Source: a virus. From it: a DNA stretch of 51,059 nucleotides. Numbering within the stretch: the stretch's first letter is position 1; each line of letters starts with the position of its first letter. The translations under genes and the position numbers were made by a program. Positions 49,586 through 51,059 of the stretch are shown here, one piece after another. Under the pieces are notes generated by a model that saw only the letters and a program-made list of their open reading frames with translations, was not told the DNA's origin and searched no databases. The stretch lies in IMG/VR virus record IMGVR_UViG_3300025816_000004; one strand, given 5' to 3'.

Positions 49586-50173
49586 ATGTCAAACCCAGTA
49601 TTTAAAGTAAGAGATACAGGGCGCAACTCAGCTAGAACAGTTGATGTTGGGAAAATTGCTGACAATATCTGTACTTCATGGACTTCAGCTACAACAGGAA
49701 CTATTGCAGTTACTGCTAATGCTACTTATGATGTTTCATTTACTCAGCCTGCTGACACTATTATAAGAAATCTTATTGCCATACCTGCAGGTAACATTGT
49801 TACAGCAGGAGCTTCAGGTGATGATGTTGATTTTGATTTAGGTACTGCAGCAGGTGGTGGTCAAATTATTGATGAAAAAGCTATCTTAGATGATGGTGGA
49901 TCAGCAGTAACTTGGACAGCAAACGCACCCTTGTATATTATTCAAAACTCACATGGACATGCCGCTAACGCTTTTGTAGGTACAGGAGTAACAGCAGGTG
50001 TTGTTGGAGGCCCTGCAACTTCAGAAGCTATTGTTATAGCCTCTACGTTGTATAGTGCCGCAGCTAGAACACTTCATGCTCGCCTTAAGCCTCTAGCAAA
50101 CAACTTAGCAACAGCCGCTACAACTGTTACTTATTTAGTAGAGTTTTTACATCTTGGCTCAACCCCAGATTAA
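49586..50173 (+). CDS. Hypothetical structural protein (195 aa), possible capsid decoration/minor head protein
   Basis: Strong SD AAAGGAGA; Ala/Thr/Gly-rich beta-type composition; function inferred from position only. Confidence 0.55.
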   Translation: MSNPVFKVRDTGRNSARTVDVGKIADNICTSWTSATTGTIAVTANATYDVSFTQPADTIIRNLIAIPAGNIVTAGASGDDVDFDLGTAAGGGQIIDEKAILDDGGSAVTWTANAPLYIIQNSHGHAANAFVGTGVTAGVVGGPATSEAIVIASTLYSAAARTLHARLKPLANNLATAATTVTYLVEFLHLGSTPD

Positions 50174-50175
50174 AA

Positions 50176-50343
50176 ATGCCACAGTTAGGTAATGACAAAA
50201 ATCCTATGATCCTAAATGGCTCTAGTAAGCCCAAAAGCACTAGAGTCTTAGGATTGTTAGGTAGCGCATATTCTGGTGAAGCAAAGAAAAAATATGCAGA
50301 TAACTATGATCGCATATTTGGTAAAAAGAAAAAGGGTAACTAA
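50176..50343 (+). CDS. Small basic protein (55 aa)
   Basis: ATG 50176 to TAA 50341-50343, TAATG coupling to the next gene; below the track cutoff. Confidence 0.5.
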   Translation: MPQLGNDKNPMILNGSSKPKSTRVLGLLGSAYSGEAKKKYADNYDRIFGKKKKGN

Positions 50344-51059
50344 TGGCTACAACATATTTAACACTTACTAACGAAGTTCTTAGAGAATTAAATGAAGTAC
50401 AATTAACTTCTGCAAATTTTTCAAGTTCTGTAGGAATACAAGCTTTTGTAAGAGAAGCAATTAATAGAGCGTTAAATGACATAGCTAATGAAGAACCTCA
50501 ATTACCTTTCTTTGCTGCCGCAGCTAGCGGAGAAACAGATCCTTTTTACGGTAATGTAACTGTAGCAACCGTAGCAGGAACAAGATGGTACACACTTAAA
50601 GCAGGAAGCTCTAGTATAACTACTGATTATTCTTCTATAGATTGGGATGATTTTTATATTACAACAATTAGTGTATCAGGAGAATCCGCACCCTATGTAT
50701 CTAAAGGTTTAAGATTTATATCTTTAACAGATTGGAGAAGATATTTAAGAGATCAAGAAAACGCAGATGATGCAGATACTCAGAATCATGGAGAGCCTCA
50801 GTTTGTTATTCGTAGTCCAGACCATAGAAAATTTGGTCTTAGTCCTATCCCAGACAAAGTATACAATGTTCATTTCTATGCTTACTCTGCACCTACAGAA
50901 CTTTCTGCTCATGGAGATACTATAGTCTTTCCAGATCAATATGCTTCTGTAATCATGGCTAGAACAAGATACTACGTTCATCAGTTTAAAGAAAACTTAC
51001 AACAAGCAGCTTTTGCATTAGATGATTATAAGAAAGGTATGAAACGTATGAAATCTAAT
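50343..51059 (+). CDS. 5' part of the junction-spanning 255-aa virion protein (continues at 128..178 after removing the duplicated 127 nt)
   Basis: ATG 50343; open to the end of the window; in frame with 2..178. Confidence 0.6.
   Translation, partial: MATTYLTLTNEVLRELNEVQLTSANFSSSVGIQAFVREAINRALNDIANEEPQLPFFAAAASGETDPFYGNVTVATVAGTRWYTLKAGSSSITTDYSSIDWDDFYITTISVSGESAPYVSKGLRFISLTDWRRYLRDQENADDADTQNHGEPQFVIRSPDHRKFGLSPIPDKVYNVHFYAYSAPTELSAHGDTIVFPDQYASVIMARTRYYVHQFKENLQQAAFALDDYKKGMKRMKSN
50933..51059. repeat. Terminal direct repeat, copy 2 (identical to 1..127)
   Basis: Same 127-nt string as the window start. Confidence 0.95.

Noticed and set aside
50240-50981. Minus-strand track ORFs 50240..50482 and 50745..50981, and 144..350 (-)
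   Set aside because: They are antisense to the coupled structural genes that span the circular junction.

Overview
The window looks like a complete, circularly closed (or terminally redundant) AT-rich podovirus-like phage genome of 50,932 bp. Bases 1-127 are identical to 50933-51059, and one ORF reads across that junction. Almost all of the sequence is coding. It is organised as two divergent arms that leave a ~985-bp non-coding, repeat-rich control region (39955-40939) and meet tail-to-tail at 23537-23540. The rightward (+) arm wraps through the junction. It carries a small terminase, a run of tiny very basic proteins, large terminase, portal, scaffold, major capsid and adaptor/tail proteins. 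These are followed by a 990-aa tail fibre built from 13-aa repeats, a Thr-rich repeat protein, and several large internal-virion/ejection proteins (one with a C-terminal lysozyme-like motif). The arm ends with a 3-TM holin and, unexpectedly, a curli-type secretion module: a CsgF-like protein, a CsgG-like lipoprotein, a curlin-repeat-like secreted protein and a FecR-domain secreted protein. The leftward (-) arm carries many small early ORFs, an orphan C5 DNA methyltransferase, a gp2.5-like SSB, a T7 gp4-like primase-helicase and a family A DNA polymerase. It continues with endonuclease VII, a PD-(D/E)XK exonuclease, endonuclease I, a DUF3310 protein, a SecB homologue, a class II ribonucleotide reductase and a JmjC/cupin oxygenase. 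I recognised no tRNA, rRNA, CRISPR array, integrase, transposase or phage RNA polymerase. Near-consensus sigma70-type promoters suggest the phage depends on host RNAP. All functional calls come from motif recognition by eye and recalled reference sequences, not from database searches. The most interesting candidates are the phage-borne curli/type VIII secretion-like module together with the phage SecB, the repeat-rich non-coding control region with back-to-back promoters, and the block of small basic proteins between terS and terL.
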